A stretch of DNA of 64,000 nucleotides from NCBI GenBank assembly GCA_964187785.1, contig OZ076409.1, positions 4,590,001-4,654,000 on the forward strand, written 5' to 3'. The position numbers and the translations under genes are program-made. The notes beneath the pieces are model-generated. The model was given only the letters and a program-made list of their open reading frames with translations, did no database searches and was not told the origin of the DNA. Origin of the DNA: Amphiscolops sp. MND2022 (lineage: Eukaryota). Shown piece by piece: positions 39,501 to 49,962 of this stretch (position 1 is the first letter of the stretch; every line of letters starts with the position of its first letter).

Positions 39501-42500
39501 CGGAGGAGACTGTGTTGGCAACGTGCAGTGCAGACAGCAGTGTGCGCATCTGGGACTGTCGCACCCTCTCGCGCAGCATGATTAGTGTGGACCTGGCCCA
39601 CTCCTCGGACGTCAACGTCATCGCCTGGAACCCCCACGGCGACCCTTTCCTCGTCAGCGGCGGCGACGACCACCTCTTGAAGGTCAGTCGGCCAGTCGGG
39701 TCGGTCAGGTCAAATTCATCGGTCAGGTCAAATTCATCGGTCAGGTCAAATTCATCGGTCAGGTCAAATTCATCGGTCAGGTCAAATTCATCGGTCAGGT
39801 CAAATTCATCGGTCAGGTCAAATTCATCGGTCAGGTCAAATTCATCGACCAGGTCAATTATTCCATTGTCTGTCCTTGAAACTAGTACCTGGAATTAGTG
39901 CCTGCAGTAGTTGAGAAACGATCGTCCTACAGTGACAATGATAGCAAAAGTGTTTTGACTATTTTCAAAGTCCTTTTGACCTTTTAAGTCATTTTAAGAC
40001 CTTTTGAATTGATTCAAGTGGCGACGAAGACAATCACTTGAAGGTCAGTCGGCGGTCAGGTCACACTCATCACACAATTATTATTTTCCGCCCCACAATA
40101 TATTGTGTAGGGGAGGAAAATTAGGTTCTTTTCTGTTTTCCCCCACCACCAAAATTTTTGATAGGAAATTTCCTTACAAATTTTTTAGCCTAATTAAAAG
40201 TGAAACCTTCTTTCATAACAGGAAGTTAACATCCATTGTAGAGGTGCACCGGACAGGAAAATTTCCGTCCGGCCGGACAGGACTGATTGAAGCCGGATAC
40301 CGAGTGTTATCCTCAATGTAAGCGATGAATGGCTGTTTTCAGAATTGGGCAATGAAGATTACAAAAAAAACGTAGCAGGCTTTTACCACAAAGCAGTGAA
40401 AAACTATTTTCGCTCCGCCATAATTTAATGAACTTTGATTCACAGTCACAAATTCAATTTTTTGATGCACATACACTTTCTCTAAGTTAGATATTCCGAT
40501 TATTTAAGATTATTATTATAAGATAATATCCGGCCCGACGTTGTAAAAAGTCCGGCCGGATACCGGACAAGACATTTTCCTGAAATCCGGCCGGATACCG
40601 AACCGGACATGTTGTCCGGTACACCTCTAATCCATTGGAATAGTTTTGTGTCTGAACAAAACATTTTTCACACATTTTGGTTATAATTATGTTCGTGTTC
40701 ACTGTTTTTGGTGACTCAAAACAGGAAGCTGTTAATTTTCTAACCAAAAATGAGTGACTTCATAAGGAAAAATAGTGTGAACAATTTTTATTTCTCAATT
40801 CCAAAATGTCACACTGAAAATGATTTAAAGTTGAAGATTTCTGGTTTGTATTAAAGTCTTTTTTAATGAAATTTTTACTAATTTTTTTTAAAAAAATTGG
40901 TAGTGGGGGGGACTAACCGAAAAGAGCTGAAAATTATTATGTGTTGCGTTTTTTTTACAAATTCTGTCAAATCTCCATAATCTCCATATTACTTGCTCTC
41001 CGTTAATTGCTATTAGAGGTACGATGGCTCAGTTGGTAGCATGTCAATCAGTAGATGGGTGGTTCGAATCTCGCCGACTCCTTATTGTTTTTGACAAGGC
41101 GGAAAATATCCCGGTGTTAAGCGGGCGTCTTGTTCAATTGTCTGTCCTTGAAACTATTGCCTTGGGATTCGCTTTCATTGTCGAGAAACGATTGTCCTAA
41201 AAGGCAATGACAGCAAAAGTCAACTTTTGACTATTTTCAAAAGCTATGATTTTGTACTCAATTTTTTGGCTATTTTTAAGACTTTTTGAATTGACTTGAA
41301 GGTCAGTCGGGTCGGGTCAGCCGGCGGTCACGTCAAATTCATCACACAATACCATGTGTTTTGGAAATTGAGTTCACGAGGTCGAAGAACCTTGTTAATG
41401 TGAGATACGTAGCTGCGGTAGTAGGAAGGTTTGACACCGAGAGTAGAAATGTTTGCATGAAATACCTGCAGCTGATCACAAAATATTTTCCTCAAACACT
41501 CGTTTCAGTCGGGCAGTCATTTGCCGAATAGACATCAAGAGCAACTATTGTATGTAAAAATTCATTTAAGTGAACCCTTTATCATTTTTGAAGTTTAAAG
41601 TGGAATGTCGCGAAAGCAAAAACTTTTGAAGCGCCTTTTTGAGGCAATATCTTTTTCTAAGCAGGCAATCAATTGTTTCGAATTGGGCTCCTTGGTCGTT
41701 AGCAAAAGACAGTTTCCCCGCAAAGAATAAGTGTTAGCCACCCTAAATGTTTTCCTTAAGGTTTTTCGGCACTGCGAAACTTTTCGATTGCCAAAAACTG
41801 GGTTTTTGATATTTGCAATCAAAGAAAAGCTCTTTTAGAGTCTCAAGACAAATCTTCTGTTTTTTTTCGCTACTGTGAAATTGATGCGAAACCTAATTTT
41901 ATTCTTTTTCTAGATTATAAACCCCATTTCACTTCTAATTCCGCTGTTCTGATAGTATTAAGTCGGCCAATTGAACAGTCGGCTAATGGCGCCGCCGGCC
42001 AATTGACGTAGCACCCTTTATCACAATGAAATGGTATTGCGCAAGATAGATATGTAATTTTATTTCGTGTCTTTGAAGGTGTGGGATTTGCGTCAATTGA
42101 GCAGCAATTCTGTTCCCGTGGCCAGTTTTGATTACCACAAGGGACCTATTACGTCAGTGCAATGGAACCCTGCGGAAGCCACCCAGTTCGCAGCCGCCTC
42201 CGACGACAGAACCATCTCTGTTTGGGACCTATCTCTAGGCTAGTAAACCTTCATCTCAACCCTAGAGAACCAGCAGACATTTTCTGCAAAATTCTTGCAC
42301 GTCTGTAAAATTTTATAAAAACCTGAAACTTTCTTGCATGTCTTCTTTTAGTGGCAAGTCAAACATTTCTCGCTATGTTCTTGGGCATATTTTGCAAGAA
42401 AATGTCTGTATTTTTCGATACTTAGAAGGAGGTATCTGGAAAAGCTCAAAATAAATATTGTCATTTCTTTCGACCTCATTCATGAAAATGCTTCGATGAT

Positions 42501-45500
42501 GATTTAACTTTTGACTGACAAATTTCTGAAGCTCCAAGTATGCTGTATAGTTGAAAAAGTCAAAAGGCCCAAGTTAAAATTTACACTCCATGTAGAAATC
42601 GAATTGAATGTCCTATAGGGCTCTTTGACTTCTTTTGGGCAAAAAGTTACCAAGTCTCGTAGTTCCGAAAATGCAATGAGTTCATGAATGCTTTGCGTTA
42701 CTTCTCTACCATTATTTTACTCATTTAATCACACTCAATCATCCAACACTTCCCGATAATAATAGATCTTATGGATTGAAACACACTAAACTAGTGAAAG
42801 CCATTAAATATCTGTTTCAACAAATTCAATCAATATCGATTAGAATGTCAGGTGACGTATAACCAAATCCAGGCCCTTTCTATAATTTCAAAAAGACCGT
42901 CGAACTTTTCACCCGAGGAAGCAAATCCTTGAATTTTTTTCATATCAATTGCCAAAGCATCGCGCAGAAAAAAAGGCAAGTTGAAATGTTACTACAAGAT
43001 CTTGGGAACAATGCAATTTTTAGTTTCTCTGAAACCCGGTCAAAAGAAGATGACAGTGAGGAACTTTGGCAACTTAGTAAAGATTTTTTCAAAACATTTC
43101 GATCAGATCGGAAAACGTCGCTTAAAGATAAAGGTGGCGGAGTCACGCTTGTTGTCCCAAAATCTCTCAATCCTAAATTGCGAAAAGACTTGAATCACCT
43201 AAACAAGGAATCCTTTGAAAGCCTCTGGGTCGAATGTAATCTAACAAATGATGCGGCTAACAAATGTGAACAACTTATCAATATCATTTATAATCAAGAT
43301 ATAATCCCAAAAAATGTTTTATCAATCCTTTCCTCGAGGAATTATCTACAAGCATTGACTTTGCAGTCACTGAAAACAAACCAATCACTTTAATGGGCGA
43401 TTATAATATCGATTATTTCAATACCGAGGAAAAACTCTGCCTGGAAACTCTTATCGTGCCTTATGGTCTAACCTTTGGTAATACGGAAATTCCAACCCGA
43501 GTACTGGAAAACTCAAACACATTAATTGATTATATCATTACGGATCTTTCGCATGCAGACACCTTTGAACCCATTGTATCTGACACCCCATTGAGAACTC
43601 CTAAGAAAGCAGAAATTGATAATCGGGCTACTTCAGTAATCACCAAAGCTAATATAAAAACACGATCGAGAGTGTTTATTAAAGAAATTTTCGGTAAAAG
43701 CAATTACAGGAAAGAACATTTTCGGGAATTACTTTCACGAAGCGATTGGAGCGCTTTTTATAGTCAAAATTGCGCAGAAGGGATGTACACAATTTTTGAA
43801 GATATAATCGAAAAAGCTCTTGGGAAATGCATTACCATAAAAAGGCTTCTTATCGGAAATGACAAAAGCGTCCTATTGTTGCATGAGAATTGAGTAAAGA
43901 AAGAAACAAAAAAATGTATCAACAAGTCAATCGCAATGCTCACCCGAGCGATCCCCTCTTAATAGAACGTAAACATCAATTTATTGAAAAGTTTAATCAG
44001 GACAAAATTCAATATCAAATTAAACTGTTCAATGGATTAACATGCGAAAAAGATAAATGGAACTTTATCAACGAAGCCCGAAATACTAGGCGCTCAAATG
44101 TTCAAATACATAGTCTAAGAAATTGCTTTGGTGATATTGTAACTGACGATCTCCGAATGGCCAACCTTCTGAACTATCGTTCCTCCAAATTAGGCGATTA
44201 CTCAGGGGTTGTGAAAAAATTCATCTCATCGGAACACCTTATCAATGATGAATTCCAGTTTCAACCCATAAGCATTTATGAGTGTCGAAAACAAATCAAA
44301 AGTTTGAACATCAATGAACCCCTAGGTCCTTCAAACATTCCTGCATGGGCACTAAAAGATGCTTCGGATGTTCTTGCTGAGCCTCTCACCTTCCTGATAA
44401 ACGCGTTCCTAGAAGGCCTGTTCCCCAATCATTTGAAACAAGCCTGTCATACCAATCTTCAACAAGCCGGGAACAGCACAAGTCGGCGCCATATCTAAGG
44501 CTCAAAAATAGCAGACGGACCTCAAAATGTCAAAGTATTGGTGAGCTGGGGACCCTTTTATGAAAAAAATTTTTTGGAAAAAAAGTCTCACAATGCCGAA
44601 AAAACTGAGAGGGAGGACCCTTTGGGGTTTCCAACATCCATTCTGAAGCAAAACAGCAACAAAATTGAAGGGGGACCCTTTGGGGAAAATTTTTTTCCCG
44701 GAAAACGAGTCTCACAATGCGGAAAAAAACTGAGAGGGGGGACCCTTTGGTCTCGCCCGGTATGGTATCTTACGCGGGAAAACAGGAAAAACCTTTTTGG
44801 TTCAGTTCGCTAGGCCAAATGGTGCAATTTGTTGCAATAATATTTTGTAGAACTTTTGTAGAACTTTTTTGGTCAGTTCAGGTGGTCTTAAAAAACACTG
44901 ACGAAAAGCCATGACTATAGTCGACTCTTTTTCAAAGAAAAGCGCCGACTAAAAAGGAGACTTCGAGGAACCATGTAACTACAGACCCATCTCGATAACT
45001 CCAGGTGTTTCGAAAATTTTCGAGAAAATTATAAAAGACCAAATGATTGCCTTTTTGAATAGAAACAATGTACTGAGTCCTTCTCATTTCGGTTTTGAAG
45101 ATAGCTTTTCGTCAACAGATGCGCTACATTTTGCTACTGAAAATATAAGAAAAAAGATAGATCAGAATGAATATGTAACAGCGGCATTCCTTGATCTCTC
45201 TAAAGCATTCGATTCAATTTCGCATTCAATTCTTCTGGAAAAATTGAGAGATCTTAATTTTAACAAAGTCGCTATTTCGTTAATACAGAGCTATTAAACC
45301 GGGAAAAATCAGAAGGTGATGCTCAATAACTGCAAATCAGACTGGATCGAAATACACCAAGGTGTTCCTCAAGGGACTATTTCAGGACCTCTTCTTTTCA
45401 ACAATTATGTCAATCGAATGAAGGAATATATCACGGAGAAATGTGAGCTAACACAATATGCTGATGTTACTATGTTCTTTTCCGCGAAGACTAACGGAAA

Positions 45501-48500
45501 AGAGGCTCTGAAAAACTTGGAAGAAAACATCAAAAAATTGAAAAACTTTTTTGAAATCCATCGTCTAACAATCAATGCGGATAAAACTGAATTTATTACT
45601 TTTTGCGAAATGTCGAAAAACAACATTGTGAGAGACATGGAAATCCAAGTTGATGGTTAGACCATTTCACCTTCAAATCACGTGAAATATCTGGGAGTAT
45701 TTTTGGATCAAAACCTAACCTATCAAGATGAGGTCAAAAACTTATTGGTGAAAATGGCTTGTGGTATCAAAACAATATACTCGGTACGCGATTTATTCCC
45801 GGAGAAAACTCGTTTTCTACTACTCAATGCTTTGGTAATCAGTCATCTACATTATTCATAGGTACTATTGAATGGAATAACTGAGAACCTACTTACAACT
45901 ATTGAAAAAAACAATTGAGTTGGACGGTAAAAGCTTGCTACAACAGAAACAAATTCGATCACTCCTCAGACCTGAAGATCTACCATAAAATCTTACCAAT
46001 TCGATATTTCCTTCAGTGCAAATCGGTTTTATACTTTTGGAAATTCAGGCATGGAATCTTACCCGCTTTTGCAAAAGTAAAACCAACTACAGCTGTTATC
46101 AAAAATCAGGAGCGAACGAACAAATTGTATGTGAACCTCCCACGCGAAACTGAAGTCATGAGAAATTGTTTCTACAATAAAGTAGTCCCATTATGAAACA
46201 CCTTACCAGACAACGCTGTAAAAAAAAACTATACCTACGTGACTATGAAACGCAAGATTAAGAGTTTTTCCAGGAGAAGTTCGAAAATGAAATCGACACA
46301 CCTAGTTACAGCAAAAAGTGTTGGAATGATTTCCGTTTTACCTAATTGTTTTTGAATACGCAATGTGTATGATTCTAATTACATTACCCTTTTTAAGTAT
46401 TACACTGCTTTGTTTTCTTGAAACATTTTCATGTTTTATCAACAAAGGTTAATTCAGTGTTTTTTTTTTCAAAACATTTTCAACAGCAGATCAGAAAAGA
46501 ACCTCTCCGGGAATAAAAATAATCCGTGGCAAGGATCTTAGAGGGTCAAAAAGTCAAAAATGGAGGGCCATTCACTTTGAAGACGGTTGTTGAGAAAAAG
46601 CCATGAGAAACTGTCGAGTGTTTTCTGTCCCTCAAAAAGCACTGACTGAAAATACTGGAACCACATGTATGGTTACCAAAAAATTGTGCTTCGATTATTT
46701 GGTAAAGTTTTAGCAAAAGCTTTTTTGCGTGGCTGCGAGAATCACAATGGGGAAAAGAATTGTTTGAATAGTTTATAGATGCTTTGAACAAGCCGGGAAC
46801 GGCATAAGTCTGCGCCATATCTAAGGCTCAAAAATAGCAAAAGGACTTAAGGACTTCAAAGAATCAAGTATTCCCTTTTTCAGTACTCGAAAAACCAAAA
46901 AGTTGGACCGAATTGGCGCGCTAAAGTGAGAAAACTTTCAGAATTTTTAACATTTCTGTCACAAAACATCAAAAAAATTGAAGGGGGACCCTTTGGGGAA
47001 ATTTTTTGAAAAAGTCTTACTATGCCGAAAAAAATTGAAAGGGGGACCCTTTAGTCTCGCCCGGTATTGTATGTTGCGTTGAAAAAAGGAACAACCCATT
47101 TGGTTAAGTTCCTTGGGCCAAATTGTCCAATTTGACACCTTAAAATTTCGTAGAACTATTTTTGTCAGTTCGTGTGAATCGAAAAAAAAGTCACTAGTAC
47201 TGTCGCGTTTCACTTCAGGAAGCGCCAACTAAAAATAATAGCTTCTCAGTTAAAAACTTGCATCAGCATGATACTTAAGCAACGTCAGTTTACTCTTTGA
47301 TTCGCGGAATTCTGGTATGCGAAGAGCTCGTCGAAAAGAACTCGCTGAATCGTTTTTTATATTCAAATGCGACGAAATTTTTGTTCAGTTTGTTCACCTA
47401 AACGAATACCTAGTAAACGCATCCAAGTTATTGCAAAGGGCCCCCCTTTCAATTATTCGGAACTGTGCTATTTTTGAAATTTTTAGGATTCGGAAAAAAT
47501 TTTCGAATACTTATGCAATCGTGTCCTTTTTTTGTTTTTTTTTTCTCCCGACCTTTCAATGAAAATTTCAAATTTCTCAGAAACTGTCTATACGATTTAA
47601 AAAAATTTTGTGCAGTCATTCTACACCCAAAGGGGCCCCTCTGTGCGCAAAGGTATCAAAATCGTATGACTGGGATGTGAGAAACAGCCAAAAGTTGCCT
47701 AAAAATGGCCATTTTTCGACTTTTGCAATTTTCTCAAAAACTCTCCATACGATTCGAACGAATTTTTCTACTGTCATTTTCTACACCATACTATGCTCCT
47801 ATGTGTGCAATTTCAATAAATTCGTATGATTGGGATTCGAGCGAGTCAGAAGGAAAAAGACCTAAGGCGACTCCTTTACCGCATACGCGGCTCTGGTTTT
47901 GTATCCAAAGGGTTGCTCCTTCGATTTTATTGAAGTCCCTTCGTTATATCCGTATTAAAGCGCTATATCCAACTTTTGACGTTATATCCGAACTGTTTTG
48001 CGTTTTATTAAGGAGGATGCGGAGTTCGAAAACAGAAGTTTTTCATGAAAACGTCATACGCATATTTTAAAAGCTGCGCTTTTTGAGCCTTAGATAAAGC
48101 GCAGACTTTAGACGTTCCTGTCTTATAGGGAACGTTTAAAGTCGGCGCTATATCTAAGGCTCAAAAAGCGGAGTTTTTAAAATATGCGAAGAACGTTCTC
48201 ATGAAAAACTGCTGTTTTGAAACATCCGCCTCCTCCTTACTCAAACGCAATATAAGTTCGGGTATAACGTCGAAAATTCGGATATAGCGCTTTACTCCGA
48301 ATACTACGTGGGGGGGGATTCAATAAAATTGAAAGGGACCCTTCAGTCTCGTCCGATTTTGTTATGTCCGGGGGACCCTTTGTAATAACTTAGATGATGC
48401 GTTTCCCAGGTATTCGTTTAGTTGAACAAACTGAACAAAAAGTTCGTCTCTTCGAGTCTGTCTTAAAGAAAACAAAACGAGTGACTGTGATAAACGGGCT

Positions 48501-48813
48501 GGCTCTTGTATTACATAAGGAAAAAAGTTGAAGATATTTTTGACGCATAGTTTGTGAAAGACCCTGTAGATTATTCGTCGACGTGCTGTGTCGTTTGTTT
48601 GCAGAGAGAGAAACGATAGCGGACAACAGTCAGCAGCAGGGAAGCAGCAGTGGTTCCCAGCTAGAGGACGACAGCATCCCCGCACAACTGCTGTTTCTTC
48701 ACGAGGGCCAACAGAAGGACATCAAGGAGATCACGTGGCACGCGTCAGTCAAAAACCTGCTTCTGTCCACGGCCCTCGATGGCATGCAAGCATTCATACC
48801 TGCCAATCTGTGA
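6322..48813 (+). CDS. GRWD1: Glutamate-rich WD40 repeat protein 1 (GRWD1/RRB1 family), spliced gene model: 6322-6513, 31123-31297, 33831-34109, 34666-34817, 38699-38903, 39483-39682, 42079-42238, 48605-48813
   Basis: Eight GC-rich islands bounded by AG/GT (one GC) join with consistent phases (0,1,1,0,1,0,1) into 1572 nt ending in TGA at 48811. Motifs typical of GRWD1/RRB1: [17 protein letters not shown] (CAF1C_H4-bd-like), [88 protein letters not shown]. Confidence 0.9.
6550..7866. mobile_element. Foldback/MITE-like element with ~200 bp inverted arms (6550-6778 vs 7678-7866)
   Basis: e.g. gtacacgcaagctattcaacaaactaatttgcggtttcattacgcacgatcctg vs caggatcatgcgtaatgaaaccacaaattagttttgttgaatagcttgcgtgtac. 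Confidence 0.75.
7113..7670. mobile_element. piggyBac-type MITE nested in the foldback element
   Basis: TTAA|CCCTAAACGACCC ... GGGTTGTTTAGGG|TTAA; an internal part (~7177-7320) recurs at ~31419-31565. Confidence 0.85.
8340..10800 (+). mobile_element. 5'-truncated, decayed non-LTR retrotransposon (APE-RT LINE, CR1/L2/Jockey-like group)
   Basis: Fragments [12 protein letters not shown] (APE end), [40 protein letters not shown] (~9847); many stops and frameshifts. Confidence 0.92.
11375..28050. repeat. Tandem satellite array, ~102-104 bp monomer, ~160 copies, with higher-order repeats
   Basis: Head-to-tail consensus approx. aactctcaaaatggcttactttagtgtacttccataggggataagttctgtcggtttgaaaaattgttgattatgtccagcattttaacttttcaaatgtcttt; e.g. 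equivalent positions 12391 and 12495 are 104 bp apart. Confidence 0.98.
28760..28925 (+). mobile_element. Family A 5' fragment
   Basis: ttggtcggcgcttttataaataaaagagcccgactattacagtcactcg. Confidence 0.7.
30593..31078 (+). mobile_element. Family A element ending ~45 bp upstream of a GRWD1 exon
   Basis: Both diagnostic termini present; close relative in reverse at 57050-57385. Confidence 0.8.
31123..31297 (+). CDS. GRWD1: GRWD1 exon (histone-binding N-terminal domain)
   Basis: cttcttttccAG acceptor; [32 protein letters not shown]...[11 protein letters not shown]; donor CAG|GTCAGT. Confidence 0.9.
33028..33539 (+). mobile_element. Family A element carrying a tRNA-like B box
   Basis: Both termini; internal ggagagcgtgggttcgattctcgcactaaacc. 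Confidence 0.8.
33831..34109 (+). CDS. GRWD1: GRWD1 exon (acidic/Lys-rich linker)
   Basis: ttttgtgttcAG acceptor; (D)[14 protein letters not shown]...NFIHCI; donor G|GTGAGG; phase 1-1. Confidence 0.85.
34293..34480 (-). mobile_element. Family A 3' fragment
   Basis: aacaagacgggaacgtctcaagtcggcgctatatctaaggctc. Confidence 0.75.
34666..34817 (+). CDS. GRWD1: GRWD1 exon (not in the supplied ORF track)
   Basis: ttttggcAG acceptor; hand translation [51 protein letters not shown]; donor TTG|GTGAGT. Confidence 0.9.
36746..37333 (+). mobile_element. Helentron/DINE-1-like family B element with internal tandem repeats
   Basis: ttttAGGAGTCGG ... CCGACTCCT ttaCCGCATATGCGG ctggtt: subterminal inverted repeat plus 3' hairpin. 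Confidence 0.75.
37425..37503 (-). mobile_element. tRNA-derived SINE head or tRNA pseudogene
   Basis: Minus strand gtccctaTGGCACAGTGGtcaacac...gcaGGTTCGAATCtc: A and B boxes at tRNA spacing, but the stems do not pair well. Confidence 0.6.
37600..38222 (+). mobile_element. Degenerate family A element
   Basis: Internal ggcactatg/gggtttt motifs and 3' end gggcaccaaattgggccgcccggcttgtt. Confidence 0.55.
38271..38660. mobile_element. hAT-type MITE
   Basis: TIR cagagttttgacaccgctaa / ttagcgatgtcaaaaccttc flanked by 8-bp ACTACTAC on both sides; related fragments at ~8010-8330. Confidence 0.7.
38699..38903 (+). CDS. GRWD1: GRWD1 WD40 exon
   Basis: tttctttccacAG acceptor; [45 protein letters not shown]...ASIE; donor G|GTAATT. 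Confidence 0.92.
38936..39389 (+). mobile_element. Family A element making up most of a 579-bp GRWD1 intron
   Basis: ttttagtcggcgct ... gcgccgacttgggccggtcccggcttgtt. Confidence 0.8.
39483..39682 (+). CDS. GRWD1: GRWD1 WD40 exon
   Basis: ttcttcatccAG acceptor; (D)[24 protein letters not shown]...[12 protein letters not shown]; donor AAG|GTCAGT. Confidence 0.93.
39701..39858 (+). repeat. 18-bp minisatellite (tcggtcaggtcaaattca) x ~8
   Basis: Perfect tandem copies starting ~20 bp into the intron. Confidence 0.95.
40239..40629. mobile_element. hAT-type MITE
   Basis: TIR tagaggtgcaccggaca / tgtccggtacacctcta, perfect 8-bp TSD ATCCATTG, subterminal ccgga repeats. Confidence 0.9.
41016..41295 (+). 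mobile_element. tRNA-derived SINE; headless copy of its body at ~39865-40012
   Basis: TGGCTCAGTTGG A box and GGTTCGAATCT B box, followed by body attgtctgtccttgaaacta...gagaaacgat.gtccta...ttttgactattttcaaa shared with 39865-40012. Confidence 0.65.
42079..42238 (+). CDS. GRWD1: GRWD1 WD40 exon (GC donor; not in the supplied ORF track)
   Basis: gtctttgaAG acceptor; [53 protein letters not shown]; followed by AG|GCTAGT. Confidence 0.88.
42850..46450 (+). mobile_element. Decayed LINE ORF2 (APE endonuclease + RT), related to the 8.3-10.8 kb copy, interrupted by a Helentron-like insert
   Basis: [68 protein letters not shown] (catalytic motif mutated). Confidence 0.93.
44461..44955 (-). mobile_element. 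Family A element inserted in the LINE RT
   Basis: Removing it restores [19 protein letters not shown]; inserted in an A/T run with no evident TSD. Confidence 0.85.
46787..47234 (-). mobile_element. Family A element
   Basis: aacaagccgggaacggcataagtctgcgcc ... agcgccaactaaaa. Confidence 0.8.
47340..48505. mobile_element. Two family A elements tail-to-tail (+ to ~48125, - from ~48126), the first holding a nested family B copy
   Basis: ...gagccttagataaagcgcagactttagacgttcctgtctt | atagggaacgtttaaagtcggcgctatatctaaggctc... Confidence 0.75.
47480..47899 (+). mobile_element. Family B element nested in a family A copy
   Basis: ttttaggattcgg ... ggcgactcctttaccgcatacgcggctctggtt. Confidence 0.75.
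48605..48813 (+). CDS. GRWD1: GRWD1 terminal coding exon
   Basis: tttgtttgcAG acceptor; (E)RETIAD...[50 protein letters not shown]. Confidence 0.92.
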
Positions 48814-48860
48814 CCTTTTATCCTTGCACCATCACAGTAGAACCTCGATCATCTTTTTTC

Positions 48861-49250
48861 CACTGTTGCCATGTTTTGAAACATGAATAAAAAACATGTT
48901 TTAAAACATTTTTCATGTTTGGAATATATTCCAGATAGAAATGGGTAGAAAAGAAGATCAAATTTGGATTTTCTTCAAAAAAAAATTGCAAGTGATGGAA
49001 AATTTGGATGTTCAAAAAGCAGGGAAAATGGCATCCCTCTATCGGCAACTGAACTCTGCTTAAGTGAAGTTCATAAATTCTGACAGTTACAGTTGATTTG
49101 TATCATTTTGAAATTCAAAAAATTGATGAAAAACAGGGTTTTCTCTATACAAGTCACTCAAAAAATAAACATAAAAAACATAACTTTTTTTCGATAAAAA
49201 ACATGTATAATTGTTTTTTTTCAATTAAAAAACATTTTTTGACAACCCTG
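48861..49250. mobile_element. hAT-type MITE just 3' of the GRWD1 stop
   Basis: cactgttgcca / tgacaaccctg imperfect TIR, flanked by CTTTTTT(C) on both sides; aaaacat subterminal repeats. Confidence 0.6.
48886..48891 (+). promoter_or_regulatory. Candidate polyadenylation signal of GRWD1
   Basis: First AATAAA downstream of the stop codon (~70 nt); lies inside a MITE. Confidence 0.4.
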
Positions 49251-49257
49251 CTTTTTT

Positions 49258-49694
49258 CAGTGTATTGACGTGTAACACATTTTTCGTATATCGTGTATTT
49301 TTATGAAAAAAATATCGTATGTATCGTGTATTAAAAAGAAAAACGAAAACTCGAAAAAACTTCAAACATTGGTTCAAGTTATATGAATCAAAACCAATTT
49401 TAACAAGGTTTTAACAATTTTCAGTCTTTATACGGTTTCTTCTATTTGAGAAAAGTAATCCACACAAGCTAAACATTCTTTCAACGGAAGCTGAAGAAAT
49501 TGGACAAGCAAGAATCTCAAGAAATAACCATATTTTTCCTTGATTTGATCACATTCTTATTGGTCAATACACGAAAGAAAATTTTCCTGTATAATCGTGT
49601 AAACAACTTTCAAGTCGTGTATGTATCGAGTACTCGAATATCTGCCAAAAACTCATGTATCGGTATTTTTTCGTGTATCGTGTACAATACACTG
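49258..49694. mobile_element. Second MITE abutting the first
   Basis: TIR cagtgtattg / caatacactg, tcgtgtat subterminal repeats, near-identical 8-bp flanks (gctttttt / tctttttt). Confidence 0.65.
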
Positions 49695-49702
49695 TCTTTT
49701 TT

Positions 49703-49962
49703 TATGGCATCAAAATCGTATGACTGGGTCTGAGAAGCATTGCCAAAATTAGTCCCAAAATTGTAGAGAAAACTGCCAATTTTGGACAATTTTTTGATTT
49801 TCTCGAAAACTCTTTACGATTTGTGCGAACTTTTATGAAGTCTTTCTACACCATGTAAGGGCTTCATTTGTGCAATTCCGTAAAAATCGTATGACTGGGA
49901 TTCAAACGAGTAAAAAGGGAAACGTCCTAATGCGACTCATTTACCGCACATGCGGCTCTGGT
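49703..49962 (+). mobile_element. Family B 3' fragment
   Basis: atggcatcaaaatcgtatgactggg ... ttaccgcacatgcggctctggtt. Confidence 0.7.

Noticed and set aside
39683..39898. (SVRSNS)n repeat protein tail in ORF 39455-39898
   Set aside because: It is the intronic 18-bp minisatellite after the AAG|GTCAGT donor; the WD40 repeat continues at 42079.
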